Made by a program: the position numbers and the translations under genes | The notes under the pieces: generated by a model | Told to the model about the DNA's origin: nothing | Databases searched by the model: none | Seen by the model: only the letters and a program-made list of their open reading frames with translations | Source: Bugula neritina | Taxonomy: Eukaryota; Animalia; Bryozoa | DNA: 64,000 nucleotides | Assembly (NCBI GenBank): GCA_964035545.1 | Contig: OZ037766.1 | Coordinates: 1,364,001-1,428,000, forward strand | Reading direction: 5' to 3' | Part shown: one piece after another, positions 13,201 through 26,047 of the stretch | Layout of the letters: every line of letters starts with the position of its first letter | How positions within the stretch are numbered: the first letter of the stretch is position 1

Positions 13201-16200
13201 AGATGCAGGTAATAAGTTATGTGCATCCAGAGTTGTCTTCTTTTGGGTCGGATATGCGCTAAAAAATTGCAATTCAATTGGAATTTATATAGTCCTAGAC
13301 AGTTATCAAGTCCTAATGAGTCAGGTACTGACATAATATAGTTAAAAGTGTCACTTATAGCTAGTAAAATATCTGAATTAAATGAATTATCTTCAATTGG
13401 TTTTGCTAACAGACACCTTGGTGTATTTCATCAGGTAAATCTCCGGCCATCTTGACGCAACGCTGCGAGTCTTTGGAGTTTAGAAATCTAATTTGTATTT
13501 TTCAAACAAACAGCAAGAAAAGGGATATGATGATGTGGAATGCGAAATATGCTTTTAACTCGTAAGTTTTTCCTGACTTTAATTTTTCCAGAGACAAATA
13601 GAAAGCAGTCGTAGCTTAGTAGTTAAAGAGATAGCTTAGTATATACACAGAGGTTGTGGGTTTGAATCTTGGTAGAGCCATTGGCAATTTAAGAAAAAGT
13701 ATTTGATCACAGTTGCTGACTTTCTTCTTAAATTGTATGATTCGATAATGAAAGCAGGAGAAACCAATTCTTTTATATGTCACGGGATTACAGGAACTCG
13801 ACAATATGTACTTATAATAAGGAGTTGTGTTCCCCTGTCAAATGTGAGCGAATGGAAACCTTCCTAGAAGATGGAGTAGAAAATATTAACTGCACTGTAG
13901 TTTCTCACCATCTCGTTCAAAGCAGTGAGATTGACTTTTTCTTCACAGCCTATAATCCATTTATCAACTCCAGTCTCTCAACACAAAGCGTAAAATTAGA
14001 CGCGTCTATAGGTTAGTTTACTATATTTTTATCAACATTTTAATAGAATACTAAAGTTGCTTTGCACTTCTCATACTTGATAGAATTTTTCTGCAACAAT
14101 TATTTTTGTAAATATTTATGTTCCTGTAAATTGAATTTAGTTTTTGCACATGAGCCATCAAGTCCAACTACACTTGCTCAGTTTTAAATTATGTCTGACA
14201 TCATTTTTTAAATTTAGAAATCATTTGTGTAAAGCCATATTGAATTTATACTCTTATAAAATCTTGGAGAAGTTTTTTTAGGGCACAGAGTAGTAAAAGA
14301 TTATATACCTATGAATAACATTTTTGTACAATACTCACTAAAACCATTAATAATTGTATAGAATACAACTTGCAGAAAGACAAGTGTCTTAAAATCGTAA
14401 TTTAAATATAATAGTTATCAATGTTTTAATAAGCCAATCTTGTTTATACATTCAAATAATCAAACTTGTGTGTAATTCTATACAGTTATAATAATTTAGC
14501 AGAACTTTCAGTAGCACTGTTTTCACTCATGTAACCATGGTAGCCACACTAAAATATTCAACGTATTATATTGTATGTTTCAGTGAAGTTTGAGATTAGC
14601 GACGTGAAAGCAGTATCAGTAGTAGACAGGCAGCTTTCTATCTCAGTTCTCATTAATAATGAAGCAGTGTTGGGGCAGCTGTTTAACTTTAGAGTTGTCT
14701 ACACTCATAAGGAGTTACCAGTTGAAAAGGTTCGTTTGATTTCACCATCTAACTTACACCTTCTGTTTTCTTTAGTACCAATTTCATGCTTATACAAGTA
14801 AGTTCATGAAATGTTAAGTTTCATTCGTTCGCAGATTGTGTTCATCTATTCCAATATTTTTTACTAGCAATTCATTACTAAATGTTTTGTTCAAGGTTTT
14901 CAATTTTGTCTGACACAATTTTGCCCTTTTTCTTTCTGATAGCCAGTGACACAACCAGTTTTGACTAGTTTAATGTTTATTTTTATTTTGAATAATTTTC
15001 CTGTAAATTTAGGTGGTTTTTGGTGATTAGTTATTTCATAAGATAGAAGTTTTGTCAAGATCATATCAATACTTTACTAGTATTTTCTTTCAGAACTTTG
15101 AAAACATGACGTTAGACACAGATTTGACCTTGACCGGGTTGAGTTATCACACAGAGTACCAATTGAATATTAGCTGTCAATTGAGCTCCACTAGAAATCC
15201 AAACACTTGGAGTAAAGAATACTATTTCACAATCTATTCCGCTACATCTCGTAAGTCTAAAGACATCAATTTAGTTTACATTGAGCTCTACATACAAAAC
15301 ATTATCATAAAATTATTATACTTTACAAGCCAACTTGTATAGTACAAGAGTAAAAAGGCTGCATATGGTATATTCAGGAGAAAGAACAGTACACTATTGG
15401 TTACGTTGGCTTGTTATATGTAGCACAAACTAGTAGATTAAATAGACACATCTACAAAAGTAATAGTTAGGTGACATAAATGTTTACATGGCATGTTCAT
15501 TGGGTAACCATGGCGATGAGTACAAACAATACTTTGTAATTACCTATAGTAAGGTAGTATTTCAGTTATACTGCATTGACAATACAGTGGCTAGCTAACA
15601 TTACACATTCCACACATTATCTCAAGTTAGTCTGTTAATAAGTACTGAAATGTAACTTTAATAGACCCTGTCAGAGTGCCAAGACACAGTCCCACTGGAT
15701 ATGAACTAAAAGAGTCAAAAGCATGTGGAGACAAGAGCCAACTTGTAACTTTGTTCTGGGAGGTGAGTATAGGGTTCGTTATGTTGGTCTCTAAATCGTT
15801 CCAACAACTTACAGTAAGCTAGAGAATGGCTTATCTAGAATGTTCCAATATAAGCTCATTTTATTCGCAAGTATTCGTTATGATGTATTCTTTGATAATC
15901 TAAAATCAATCCATTTTTCAGGCATGATTTTAAACACTGCCATCAAATGCAAGGCAAAATAATAACTCTACATTTAGTGAACAATGTATAGTTGTCTTTC
16001 AGTTGTTAGCTAGCATTGTTTTGTTGCTGTAGCCTCTTTCTGAGTCCGATGGATATGGTAACGGTGTCATCACGAAATACTCTGTCTATGAGTTAAATAG
16101 TATACCAACAACATTTACTCGACCAATCACATCGCAGGAGAAAGTCTACAATTTCCCCTCCTCATTCATTCTCTCTAGAAAGTCTATTAATGCCAAGGTA

Positions 16201-19200
16201 CTGTTAGACAGACACTTTGGTATTCACTTAACTGTGTATCTGTAGAAGTTGTGAACAGTTTCACCCTAACTAGTGTATCAATACTAGGTGTATACTAGGT
16301 GTGTACTAGGTGTGTACCAGGTGTGTACTAGGTGTGTACTAGGTGTATACAAGGTGTGTACTAGGTGTGTACTAGGTGTGTACTAGGTGTGTACTAGGTG
16401 TATGCTAGGTGTGTACTAGGTGTATGCTAGGTGTGTACTAGGTGTGTACTAGGTGTATACTAGGTGTATACTAGGTGTGTACTAGGTGTATACTAGGTGT
16501 ATACTAGGTGTATACTAGGTGTATACCAGGTGTATGCTAGGTGTGTACTAGGTGTGTACTAGGTGTGTACCAGGTGTGTACTAGGTGTGTACTAGGTGTA
16601 TACAAGGTGTGTACTAGGTGTGTACTAGGTGTGTACTAGGTGTGTGCTAGGTGTGTACTAGGTGTATGCTAGGTGTGTACTAGGTGTGTACTAGGTGTAT
16701 GCTAGGTGTATACCAGGTGTATACTAGGTGTATACTAGGTGTGTACTATGTGTTTGTAGGCATCTTCAAACTCGTCAGCTACAATGTGTGTCAGCAAAAA
16801 GATCAAATATTTAGCCTTAGTACCATTTACTTCTCGTGGAATGGGTACTCAACTAAGTGTTTACCAGTTACCTAGCAACATGATACGTAAGTAGAGATAA
16901 GCCATATGGGGTCTGATGGCGCCTTTCAACTTTTCGTATTTGTTTTTTTATTTTTCTTTGTAATTTAATGTTAAATTTCTGTTTAAACTCTGGCAGCAAA
17001 ATTGTGTTTTTGAAGTAAAAAATGTTTTTCTGAACTTTTGGTTTTCTGCTGCTCAGCAGTTTTATGTTTCTTAATTTATTAGCAATAAATAACGGTTAGC
17101 TTAAAATGTTTTAACATTTATTAAAACAATTTGAAATTCATGTTCACATGCACTGTAAAACTGTATAATAACTTCATTATTTCGTTGGGCAGCATTCCGT
17201 GGCTGTGAGATACAAGTTTCATACGACAGCAAACATATCATAGTCAAGTGGCCAATTCTACCGCGTTCTACCAGATCTACCGTGAAGCACATCTACACAG
17301 TATACTGGTGTAAGCCTGAAGCTAATAGAGATCAGTGTGTGCCTGGGGTGAGTGGAGGATAACTCCAATATATCTTTGTAAAATATTTTATTTATATCGG
17401 TACACACACACACACAACACACACAACACAACACACAATACAGGTTTATAACTGTGACACCAGAGAGATTATACAATATAAAGTGAGAATTCCCTGTACA
17501 TGCTGGACAGATAACTCCTGTAATGTTAATAAGCATAATTTCACTACTATAGAGTCTATTTTGAGTATAATAGTCATGTTTCAGACTATGAACTGGAGAG
17601 AGGCGAATCAGCAAGGTAAACTCAAGATGACATTTGACTCCATGTCAGCGGAATACAGATACGGGCTGAGTGTCAGCGACTCTTACGTGTCCAGTTCTTC
17701 TGGTATTGTCTGGGCTGACTGTATAAGTAACTCCAGCAGCCCCAGTAAGTGTTGTTATTATTATATCTTTACCTGTCTTTACCTGTCTTTCCTCTGTCCT
17801 GTACAGCTAATGGGTATAGTTATTATTATATATTGTATTATTAATATATATATATATTGTCATATTATTATATAATATTATTATTATTATATGCTACTAT
17901 ATTATTGTATTATATTATTATGTTAATATTATGGCATTAATATATATTATAGTATTATAATAGTAATACCATAGTATATCATTAATATATTTGTATTATT
18001 AATTAATAATATTATTTTGTTGCAATGTAGTAATTATGTTGCTCTAACCATGCCTCATGATTCATCATTTAGGTTGTAGTCTGGTCTTGAAGTTGTCTCC
18101 CTTTCTTTACTTATCTTTTCAATAAAAATATATTTTATATTATGTAACCCCAAATTAATTTAGTATTGATGAGATGTGTAAGCCTCATAACATCATTTAT
18201 TTGAAATAATTTATAAATATCAAGATTTTCAGATATTTATTGTTCTATAAATGTTCTGTTGAATATTTTTCCAACGCATATATTTATTCGCTTACTTATA
18301 TTTATGCCAGTAAGTTATACAAACATATGCAGGGCTGAAACCAGCTAGTGTCAACGTGGAGTATACAGCAAGAAAGGCGACAGTGACAATAGAGGACAGG
18401 TGCTCTTCAGACACCAGAAGAGCTGAAAGCTACACCCTTAGTTACTGTAACTACAACAGATCCAGTGAAAAGTGCATTGGTGAAGGTAATCACTCAGCAA
18501 TGCATTATGGGTCTAATAGCTAATTTCACCACAATGTGTATTTTATATCAATTATATATAGTTATTCCCATTTTGTTGTAGTCAATAAAGTCCAGGTTGG
18601 TCGCTGCAGAAGGCCGGTAGATACCGAGGAACTCCGATTCTCTCAAGACTATGGATTCTGGGTAACTTCTCATGCTGGAATAAATCTCAGTAAACCATCC
18701 AGTGTAGTCATCAAACAGAGCCCAGCCAAACGTAAGAACTGGTGATGTGCTCACAGCACAGGATGTCTACGACTTTATTTCTTGTTAGGATGAAATAAAA
18801 TTAAATACTTTTATGTTCAAAATTAGTTGAAATGAAGGACTTCTTCTGCATGTCCGCATATTTCCTGTTTCCTGTTGAGTCATTTTAGTTTTTATGATTG
18901 GAACTGGCTTAGTGATATAGAAATTATAGTGTCTTTTGAGTTGCCTTCAAGGGTAATAAAATAAATAGTAACCTAAAAAGCTTTATATTTTGAAAATAGT
19001 GTAAAGTTATATCGACATATTATTTTAAGCTACCACAATATCATTACATAAAGATGTCATTAGTTATTAAACAAATAGGTCAATATTTTTTATATAAGCA
19101 GGTCATATTTCCTTAGATAAATAGGTCACTGTTTACTATGTAGGTCATTATATAAATAGCATACCAGTATTCATCACCTAGTAAGTTATATTTAGTATTT

Positions 19201-21842
19201 AGGTATTTTAATATTTTTTAATTGCAGAGTTGAAGCACTATGAACTTGCTGTGATTTGCATCTGCCTGCTGCTGATAACTTCTACCATAACCCTTGCTGT
19301 TCTTTGGGTGAGGAGGTAAGAATGGTTTGATAGCCACGTACTGCTTGTTTGCCATGAATGCACATTTCACTGAAAATATGACAGAGAAGTATGTTATAGA
19401 AAAATAGTTATGAAAATATTGAGAAATATGCTGTAATAATGCCATTTTTTTATTAAAAGATTATGATGAAACATTTAAAGTTAAAGGTATTTTAATTTTA
19501 AATAAAATGCAATTATACAAATATTTTCAAATCTTAAAGTAAATAGTATAATGGGAAATGAAGTTTTCCAATTTTATCTTTAGGTAAATTTTGCGTTATG
19601 TAATGCTTTAGAAAATCAAAAGAGATCAATCAATTTAAATAGACAGTCACTAAATTAAGAATAGAATGCAATACCCATTGAGGGGAGACAACTTCCCATA
19701 TCACTGTAACTCCTTTACATGCTGCTTGTTTTATATTGAACTGTTAGACAGAAGAAGATGGTGCGAACTCTGAACAAGCCTCAAGTGATTGCCCCCACCA
19801 CTCTGATAAATGAGTTGCCCACCGACTCAGAGAGTGAAGACGATGATTCTGGAAAGTTCTACTCGAATGAGACTAGTGCTGTAAGTGGCAGCAGGCGTTA
19901 GTTTTGCAGCAAATTTGAGTTCTTCTGCAGATTCACTTTAATCATCATATGATTGGATAGTAAAATTTCCTTTGGAGATTTGTTTGTTTAATTTTTCAAG
20001 CTGTCATGGGTTAAGAGTTTAGCTCTGGCGATAAAACCCAGTTTGATGTTTAGAAGATTTTTTATTGGGCAACACTAATATATGACAACTATACTGTTTA
20101 TATACATGTAGTGTTTAGCACCTGTTAAGAATCATTTCTACTGCTTATGAATTGTTATATTACCACTTTTTAGTTGTCTAAGCAGTATCACATGTCTAAA
20201 CGCGAAGTAGTTTGATTTGGTCTTAGCTAGATATCTGTAAAATCTACTCTGCACGTCCCACGCCAAAATGAAACTGTGACCTGATACACAAATACCTGTG
20301 TGATTTAAGTAAATTTTTCATACAAAAAAACAAAATTACTTGAGGCTTTCTGTGCATATTTTGGCAGTTTATTCTAAATCACCACTCTTCAGAATAACGG
20401 AATCATTCAATCTGTTGGATAGAAATTTGAACAGAGAAAGATCTGTAATGCGCTGCATTGCTGTATAGTGCAGTGTAATGTAGTGCATTGCTGTGTAGTG
20501 CAGTGTAATGTAGTGCATTGCTGTGTAGTGCAGTGTAATGTAGTGCATTGCTGTGTAGTGCAGTGTAATGTAGTGCATTGCTGTGTAGTGCAGTGTAATG
20601 TAGTGCATTGCTGTATAGTGCAGTGTAATGTAGTGCATTGCTGTATAGTGCAGTGTAATGTAGTGCATTGCTGTATAGTGCAGTGTAATGTAGTGCATTG
20701 CTGTATAGTGCAGTGTAATGTAGTGCATTGCTGTGTAGTGCAGTGTAATGTAGTGCATTGCTGTGTAGTGCAGTGTAATGTAGTGCATTGCTGTGTAGTG
20801 CAGTGTAATGTAGTGCATTGCTGTATAGTGCAGTGTAATGTAGTGCATTGCTGTATAGTGCAGTGTAATGTAGTGCATTGCTGTATAGTGCAGTGTAATG
20901 TAGTGCATTGCTGTATAGTGCAGTGTAATGTAGTGCATTGCTGTATAGTGCAGTGTAATGTAGTGCATTGCTGTGTAGTGCAGTGTAATGTAGTGCATTG
21001 CTGTGTAGTGCAGTGTAATGTAGTGCATTGCTGTGTAGTGCAGTGTAATGTAGTGCATTGCTGTATAGTGCAGTGTAATGTAGTGCATTGCTGTGTAGTG
21101 CAGTGTAATGTAGTGCATTGCTGTATAGTGCAGTGTAATGTAGTGCATTGCTGTGTAGTGCAGTGTAATGCAGTGCATTGCTCTGTAGTGCAGTGTAATG
21201 TAGTGCATTGCTATATAGGGCAGTGTAATGCAGTGCATTGCTATATAGTGCAGTGTAATGTATTGCATTGCTCTGTAGTGCAGTGTAATGTAGTGCATTG
21301 CTATATAGTGCAGTGTAATGTAGTGCATTGCTGTATAGTGCAGTGTAATGTAGTGCATTGCTCTGTAGTGCAGTGTAATGCAGTGCATTGCTGTATAGTG
21401 CAGTGTTATTTTACTATAGGACAACAGCTGTGGGGAGAGTATGAACTACGCTATTCCTTCCCTGAAAGAGTCTGGAGATGCTACCAGCGTGTCATCCATT
21501 CTAGAAACTTCTCCATCCTACATTAATAACTCACTATATTCTACCTCTTGCACAAAAGAGTCATCAGCTGGGACATCCCTGCCAGACTCGGGCTATTTCA
21601 AGGTGGCCAACACTCAAAGTTGGGACGGGGACTACAAGGCCCCGTCTATAGTCTACACTGAGGAAAACTGCAGTGTAACACCAGATGGCTATTTTAAGAG
21701 TATGTGGGCGGACCCTGAGAGTGACCTACTTCTAGCAGACATCAAGAGCGGTGATGGTGTCATCGACATAGCCCAGCTGCTTTCATCTTCGGCTACATTT
21801 CTAGACGACTCATCAACAGATCTGATGGAGATGAGCGAGTAA
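10230..21842 (+). CDS. Type I cytokine receptor-like protein A (Domeless/gp130-like): SP-Ig-D1-Ig-CHR(D1+D2)-3xFnIII-TM-cytoplasmic tail, ~1133 aa
   Basis: 21 phase-consistent GT-AG exons: 10230-10284, 10728-10929, 11302-11426, 11522-11678, 12073-12299, 12510-12726, 13090-13208, 13435-13561, 13794-14011, 14584-14729, 15094-15250, 15665-15762, 16033-16197, 16760-16886, 17193-17347, 17585-17744, 18333-18485, 18582-18731, 19228-19315 (TM LAVICICLLLITSTITLAVLWV), 19748-19880, 21420-21842; total 3402 nt. Signal peptide MSWERRQTLWEFLFLLMFCINFSSG; Ig motifs DTGNYGC and DAGPYLC; GLSYHTEY...NTWS; VTLFWE-PLSESDGYGNGVITKYSV; YTVYWC; SSGIVWADC; Box1-like KPQVIAP. AATAAA at 22256. Confidence 0.85.
12732..13060. 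repeat. Degenerate AT-rich minisatellite (agtaatatatc/ac-like) filling an intron of receptor A
   Basis: Repeated gtaatata units; explains the Tyr/Ile-rich ORF 12613-13041 (-). Confidence 0.75.
13606..13680 (+). mobile_element. Degenerate tRNA-derived SINE-like fragment in an intron of receptor A
   Basis: GTAGCTTAGTAGTTAAAG (A box-like) ... GAGGTTGTGGGTTTGAATCTT (B box-like). Confidence 0.45.
16282..16750. repeat. 10-bp minisatellite (TACTAGGTGT/G-type)
   Basis: Roughly 45 tandem copies of actaggtgt(g/a)t, ending about 10 bp before the acceptor at 16759. Confidence 0.95.
17820..18040. repeat. Low-complexity (ATT)n-rich tract
   Basis: Runs of tattattata in an intron. Confidence 0.7.
20368..20444 (+). 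CDS. Candidate additional/alternative cytoplasmic exon of receptor A
   Basis: ttggcag acceptor and open frame (L)YSKSPLFRITESFNLLDRNLNRERS, then gtaatg. In frame only with the alternative donor at 19896/19897 (c|gttagt); adds 31 aa in total. Confidence 0.45.
20445..21410. repeat. 30-bp satellite GTAATGTAGTGCATTGCTGT(A/G)TAGTGCAGT, ~32 copies
   Basis: Near-perfect tandem array built from 5-mer subunits; source of the spurious (HYITLHYTAM)n and (QCNVVHCCVV)n ORFs. Confidence 0.97.
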
Positions 21843-23177
21843 TTTACCTGGTCTGTCGTAGTACAGGTATTCTCACTCTCCCTCACCAATACTCATTTCT
21901 CAGTTCTCTTACTCCAAAGGGTGGTGGGCCTATGCATTTCTAACAGTTTTAAATCTTGTTGAACTCAATCAGCCTTCAGGTCTTGTTTAACTCACTTTCT
22001 TCTCGTGACCAGTTTGCCTTCATAATATTTATTGTTGAAATTGTTATGTTGTTGTATTTTCTTGTAGTATTTTGTTGCGCCATTATATTTTATGGTCATA
22101 GTTTTTATATTATGTTGTATTATGATGTCATATTATTAACTTTTATTTTAGCTAAGTATATGAGCAAAAGTTTTATTTGTGCACACATGACAATCATCAA
22201 AATGATAAACATGAAAACGACTTGGTTAATTGTATTTTTCTACAATAATATATGCAATAAACTGCAACTCCCTATTAAGTTCTTGTCTTGAAAAAGGCTG
22301 CATTTACGAATAATCATATTCATATATCTGAAGAAATCAATAATTCTATCTTCACAGCAATTGTCTTTTCATATTATAGTTTGGCCTAAAAAGTTTGGCC
22401 AAGAATTATATTATATATTATATATATTATATTATATAACCTATATCAAAAATTAATAATTGCTACTGGTGAATAGTTTATATAATAATATAACTACTTT
22501 ATAAAAATGTTGCAACAGCTTTAGTAACTGGACAAACAGCAACCTCGAAAGCAAGAGATATTATGAACAAATAATACAAGTTTAAAATTTGATTTAAAAT
22601 TGGGAGTGCTGTTGACTGTATTTATTCACACTTGAGAAATGTTTTAATTTATTTTACTGGATACAATGCAGCTATACAAGAAAGGTTTTTGTTCCGTTGC
22701 AACGCACTGCACTGCTAAGTTAGTGAGTACATATTTAATATTGTATACAACAGGTTGAAAAACCACAAAGAATCAATTTATAAGATTGTTGACTTGAGAC
22801 CGCGTCTTGAGTAATCATGATTGAGTAAAACAAATGAAGCGTTACCTCTTCGCCTACCTGTATAGCTGTTGTGAATAGCCTGTGAGCTTATAAATAGACA
22901 GCCTTTGCATTATGTAAGATAATAACAAGAAATGAGGCACTTGGCATAGCTCGACTTTCTTGTTTATGTAGCTACAGTTAACTTGTATATAATGACTTAT
23001 ACCTAGTAGAGAGCTGCTTCTAAGTATATAGTGACATTGAGAGAGTGGACTAACTGGAGTACCCACACTGTGCACCAAGTTACTAAAAGTGGAAGAATAA
23101 CAGATCTACACTACAAGAATTATAGCACAGCTCTTAAAAGTGGACATAATTTAATTCATCTCTTCTGAGTTGAAAGG

Positions 23178-23280
23178 GACTACTGTAGCTGTAAAAGTAG
23201 CTACTGTAGCTGTAAAAGAAGCTACTGTAACTGTAAACGGAGCTGCTGTAGCTGTGAAAGTAGACACTGTAGCTGTAACT
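23178..23280. repeat. 21-bp minisatellite (gctactgtagctgtaaaagta), ~5 copies
   Basis: Direct tandem repeats. Confidence 0.8.
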
Positions 23281-25708
23281 GTTTGGATCAGAGAGAAAAA
23301 CTCAATTTGGTAAGTTGGCATCTCATAAAATACTCTATCTTTGGTAGTTTTAGTTTCTATACCCAATAATACCAGTCAAAGCCTAAGGGAGTTGAAGGTG
23401 ATGCCCAATACTAGAGTAAGAGCTGTCTATAGGTGATGAGGCTATATTAATATCAACATCAATAGTATTACTGTTGCAGCTATTCAATACTTAATTTAAT
23501 AGGTTCGAGAAATCGTCTACTTACTTCATTTTGAAAGATTTTCAAAGTTAGATTAACGGAGAAAGTTATTTGCAAGACAAAATCAGTAAAGTATGTAAAA
23601 GCAAATAATACCTAACTTCAGTGACTATAATGTTAATGAGAAGGCAGGTATAAAGAGAGTAGTCTACTGTAGTTCTCTAAGCTCTGTTACTTTACCTGCA
23701 GGCAACTTTTTTGTGGCTCCAGTAGTAGACGGGTCATGTGACTTCCATAGGAGACCATAAATATTGTGGTGTTTCTCAGCAGTAAAAGCTGCAAATGTTG
23801 CTCAAATTTTATATTAGATTTTACCAGTACGTAGGTTTCTTACACCCAGTGAATTGAAAGGCATGGTAAATAATCTGGAATTGTCATGCCCTGCTAAGGT
23901 TTGTGAAACTGAAAGCAATAAGATGTTTCCAACACCCAATTTAACCTTAAACTAGTCTAAAGTTTTGTTCTCAAATGTTATAAGAATTTCCATATACTCA
24001 ACCGCATGGGTCTGCATGAGTTTCACTTAAACTGTTCAACTGAAAAATTATTACAAAATGCACCGGAAAATTCGTCAAATCTTTAGTAAAACATAGAAAT
24101 AAAGAAGTAATTAGTGAAATGAAAGCTATATATAAGCAGATGCAAGAATACAAGTTGCTGCCACCCTTGAGTCCCTGATTGTTTGTATGCAGTTTGGGTT
24201 GTGGAAGTGTTGGGTGGATAAACTTTTCTGTGACTGTAGAGCTCAAAGAGGTTTTTGCACTGATCTCTACTAGACACACCTTGTACTAAACATGATGAAG
24301 ATATACCAGATGTCTCATAGCACTACTTCATTCATCTACTACTACTATGACAGCAAATACAGCTGCCAAATAATAGATAGGGTTATGGCAGCTGTTGTCA
24401 TTTGTTTGCTGACTAGGAATTCAGTATTTAGTAGTTGGCTGACATCAGTCTCAGCATTTCATTGAATATTCCATGAAAACTGAAGTCAGTAAAACAACAC
24501 CATTTCTGCCAGATCATGGTGTTAGCCTGAGATCTGATAATGAAGGAGGGGGCCACTTATGTACCCCTCCCTCTGTTGCTTTTGTATAGCTTTAATTCTA
24601 AACTATAAATTTTAGACTTCACAGCTAAAACTTACACTAATTGAAATTTAACAAAAAATAATATAATCTATATAAATTATTCCTTTATACTATAACTTCA
24701 TTTCAGCACCTGCATTCACTTAGTTCAACTCTAAAGGCTCAAAATATTCCCCAGAGGACCTTACACTGCTTTCGAATGACTTAATGAATTTAACTATCAT
24801 TTATCACCATATTTATAGCTGGTTTGCTCAATGTACAAAAAATTGTACTAAATTTTATGTTATTGGTAAAAATATCCATATTAATATATTTTGTCTTCAC
24901 CCCTTCTACTTTGCAAATACTAATTCTGCATTATAATTATTAAAATTTTTTAATAATTGGTTGAGCTGAGTCGTGGGAAAGTATGGAAGAATGCGGTGTC
25001 AGGTTGGATTATCTGGCTGATCCCATCTCATCCCTCTGTTCTGGCAGAGGTGCTTTATTCTAACAGAGTTGTGCTATTCTAACAGAATATTTCTATAACA
25101 GAGGTACTACATTATCGTGCAGTGATTGTATTTTTGCTAATTCCAGTCTAAAAGATTGATTAATCAACTGGAGATTCTCATTGAGTTTGAAAAAAGCATT
25201 TTTAAGATTCATCATAATTATTATATTTTTATTGCCTTTAAATCCAGTGCTTTCATCTATCTGTAGTCTGGGAACTCTTGAGTTCTTCTCATTAAGTTCT
25301 TAAGGATTTATACTCTAATTATAAGGTTGGATCTGTATAGGCCTCCTGCGTATTTCAGAAATTTAGAGAATATGTTGAGGGAAATAATTTTGAGATCATC
25401 AAAAGTTATAAAATTGTTTTTTGCTATAAAAATATTTTGTTTCTAAAAAAAGGTTTACGAATTTTGACAACTTGTTTTTTCTACAAAGTAAGAGTTTTGT
25501 GTTTTCTGTTTTATCTTAGGCTAAGTAATTAAATTCAAGTAACTTAAAACCTTTAATAAAAGATGTAAAACTTGCTGCCAACAGTTTATTGTAGCCTAAA
25601 TTCACATAGCATAAGAAAAAGGCTAAAAAGTTGGGTGGAATGCAGAATTCCTGAAAACACGACATAAACCATAGCATACCCTACAACCCCCAGACTAATG
25701 CGCTAGTC

Positions 25709-26047
25709 CAGGGCTGTCCAACAGGCGGCCCTAGGGCCGGATGTGGCCCCCAGCCTACATTTATGTGGCCCTCGAAGGCATAAAGCTAAAATATTTTTTC
25801 ACTGTTCACATGAATTAAAGTGAAAAGCCACCTTTTAGATGCCTTATTTATACAAATAACACAAAAAATGCAGCTGGCAGTAACTATTGAAACTTAATTG
25901 TGTAATGATTCATAAAGTTTTGGAATAAAGTAGTTTGAAAAATACTGATGCTGTGGCCCCCAGCACAAGCTGAAGCTTACAATGTGGCCCTCCCCATGAA
26001 ATATTTCATTTCTGTGGCCCTCGGTTTGAAAAGGTTGGACACCCCTG
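25709..26047. mobile_element. Non-autonomous hAT-superfamily DNA transposon (MITE), 339 bp
   Basis: TIRs CAGGGCTGTCCAAC (25709) and GTTGGACACCCCTG (ending 26047); perfect 8-bp TSD CGCTAGTC at 25701-25708 and 26048-26055; subterminal TGTGGCCC repeats at both ends; no transposase ORF. Confidence 0.93.

Noticed and set aside
13413-13438. Apparent in-frame stop suggesting receptor A is a pseudogene
   Set aside because: Arises only with the AG at 13412. The AG at 13434 gives an open, homologous D1 exon of 127 nt, the same length as B exon 31950-32076.
20445-21410. CRISPR-like array
   Set aside because: Contiguous tandem units with no unique spacers, no cas genes, and a eukaryotic intron context. 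The same applies to 28915-29110 and 16282-16750.
20369-21526. 351/352-aa ORFs on both strands (His/Tyr-rich and Cys/Val-rich repeats)
   Set aside because: Translations of a 30-bp satellite inside an intron of receptor A; only 21420 onward (a different frame) is coding.
21956-22291. Hydrophobic 111-aa ORF resembling a membrane protein
   Set aside because: T-rich 3' UTR of receptor A with a TTG start and no recognisable motifs.
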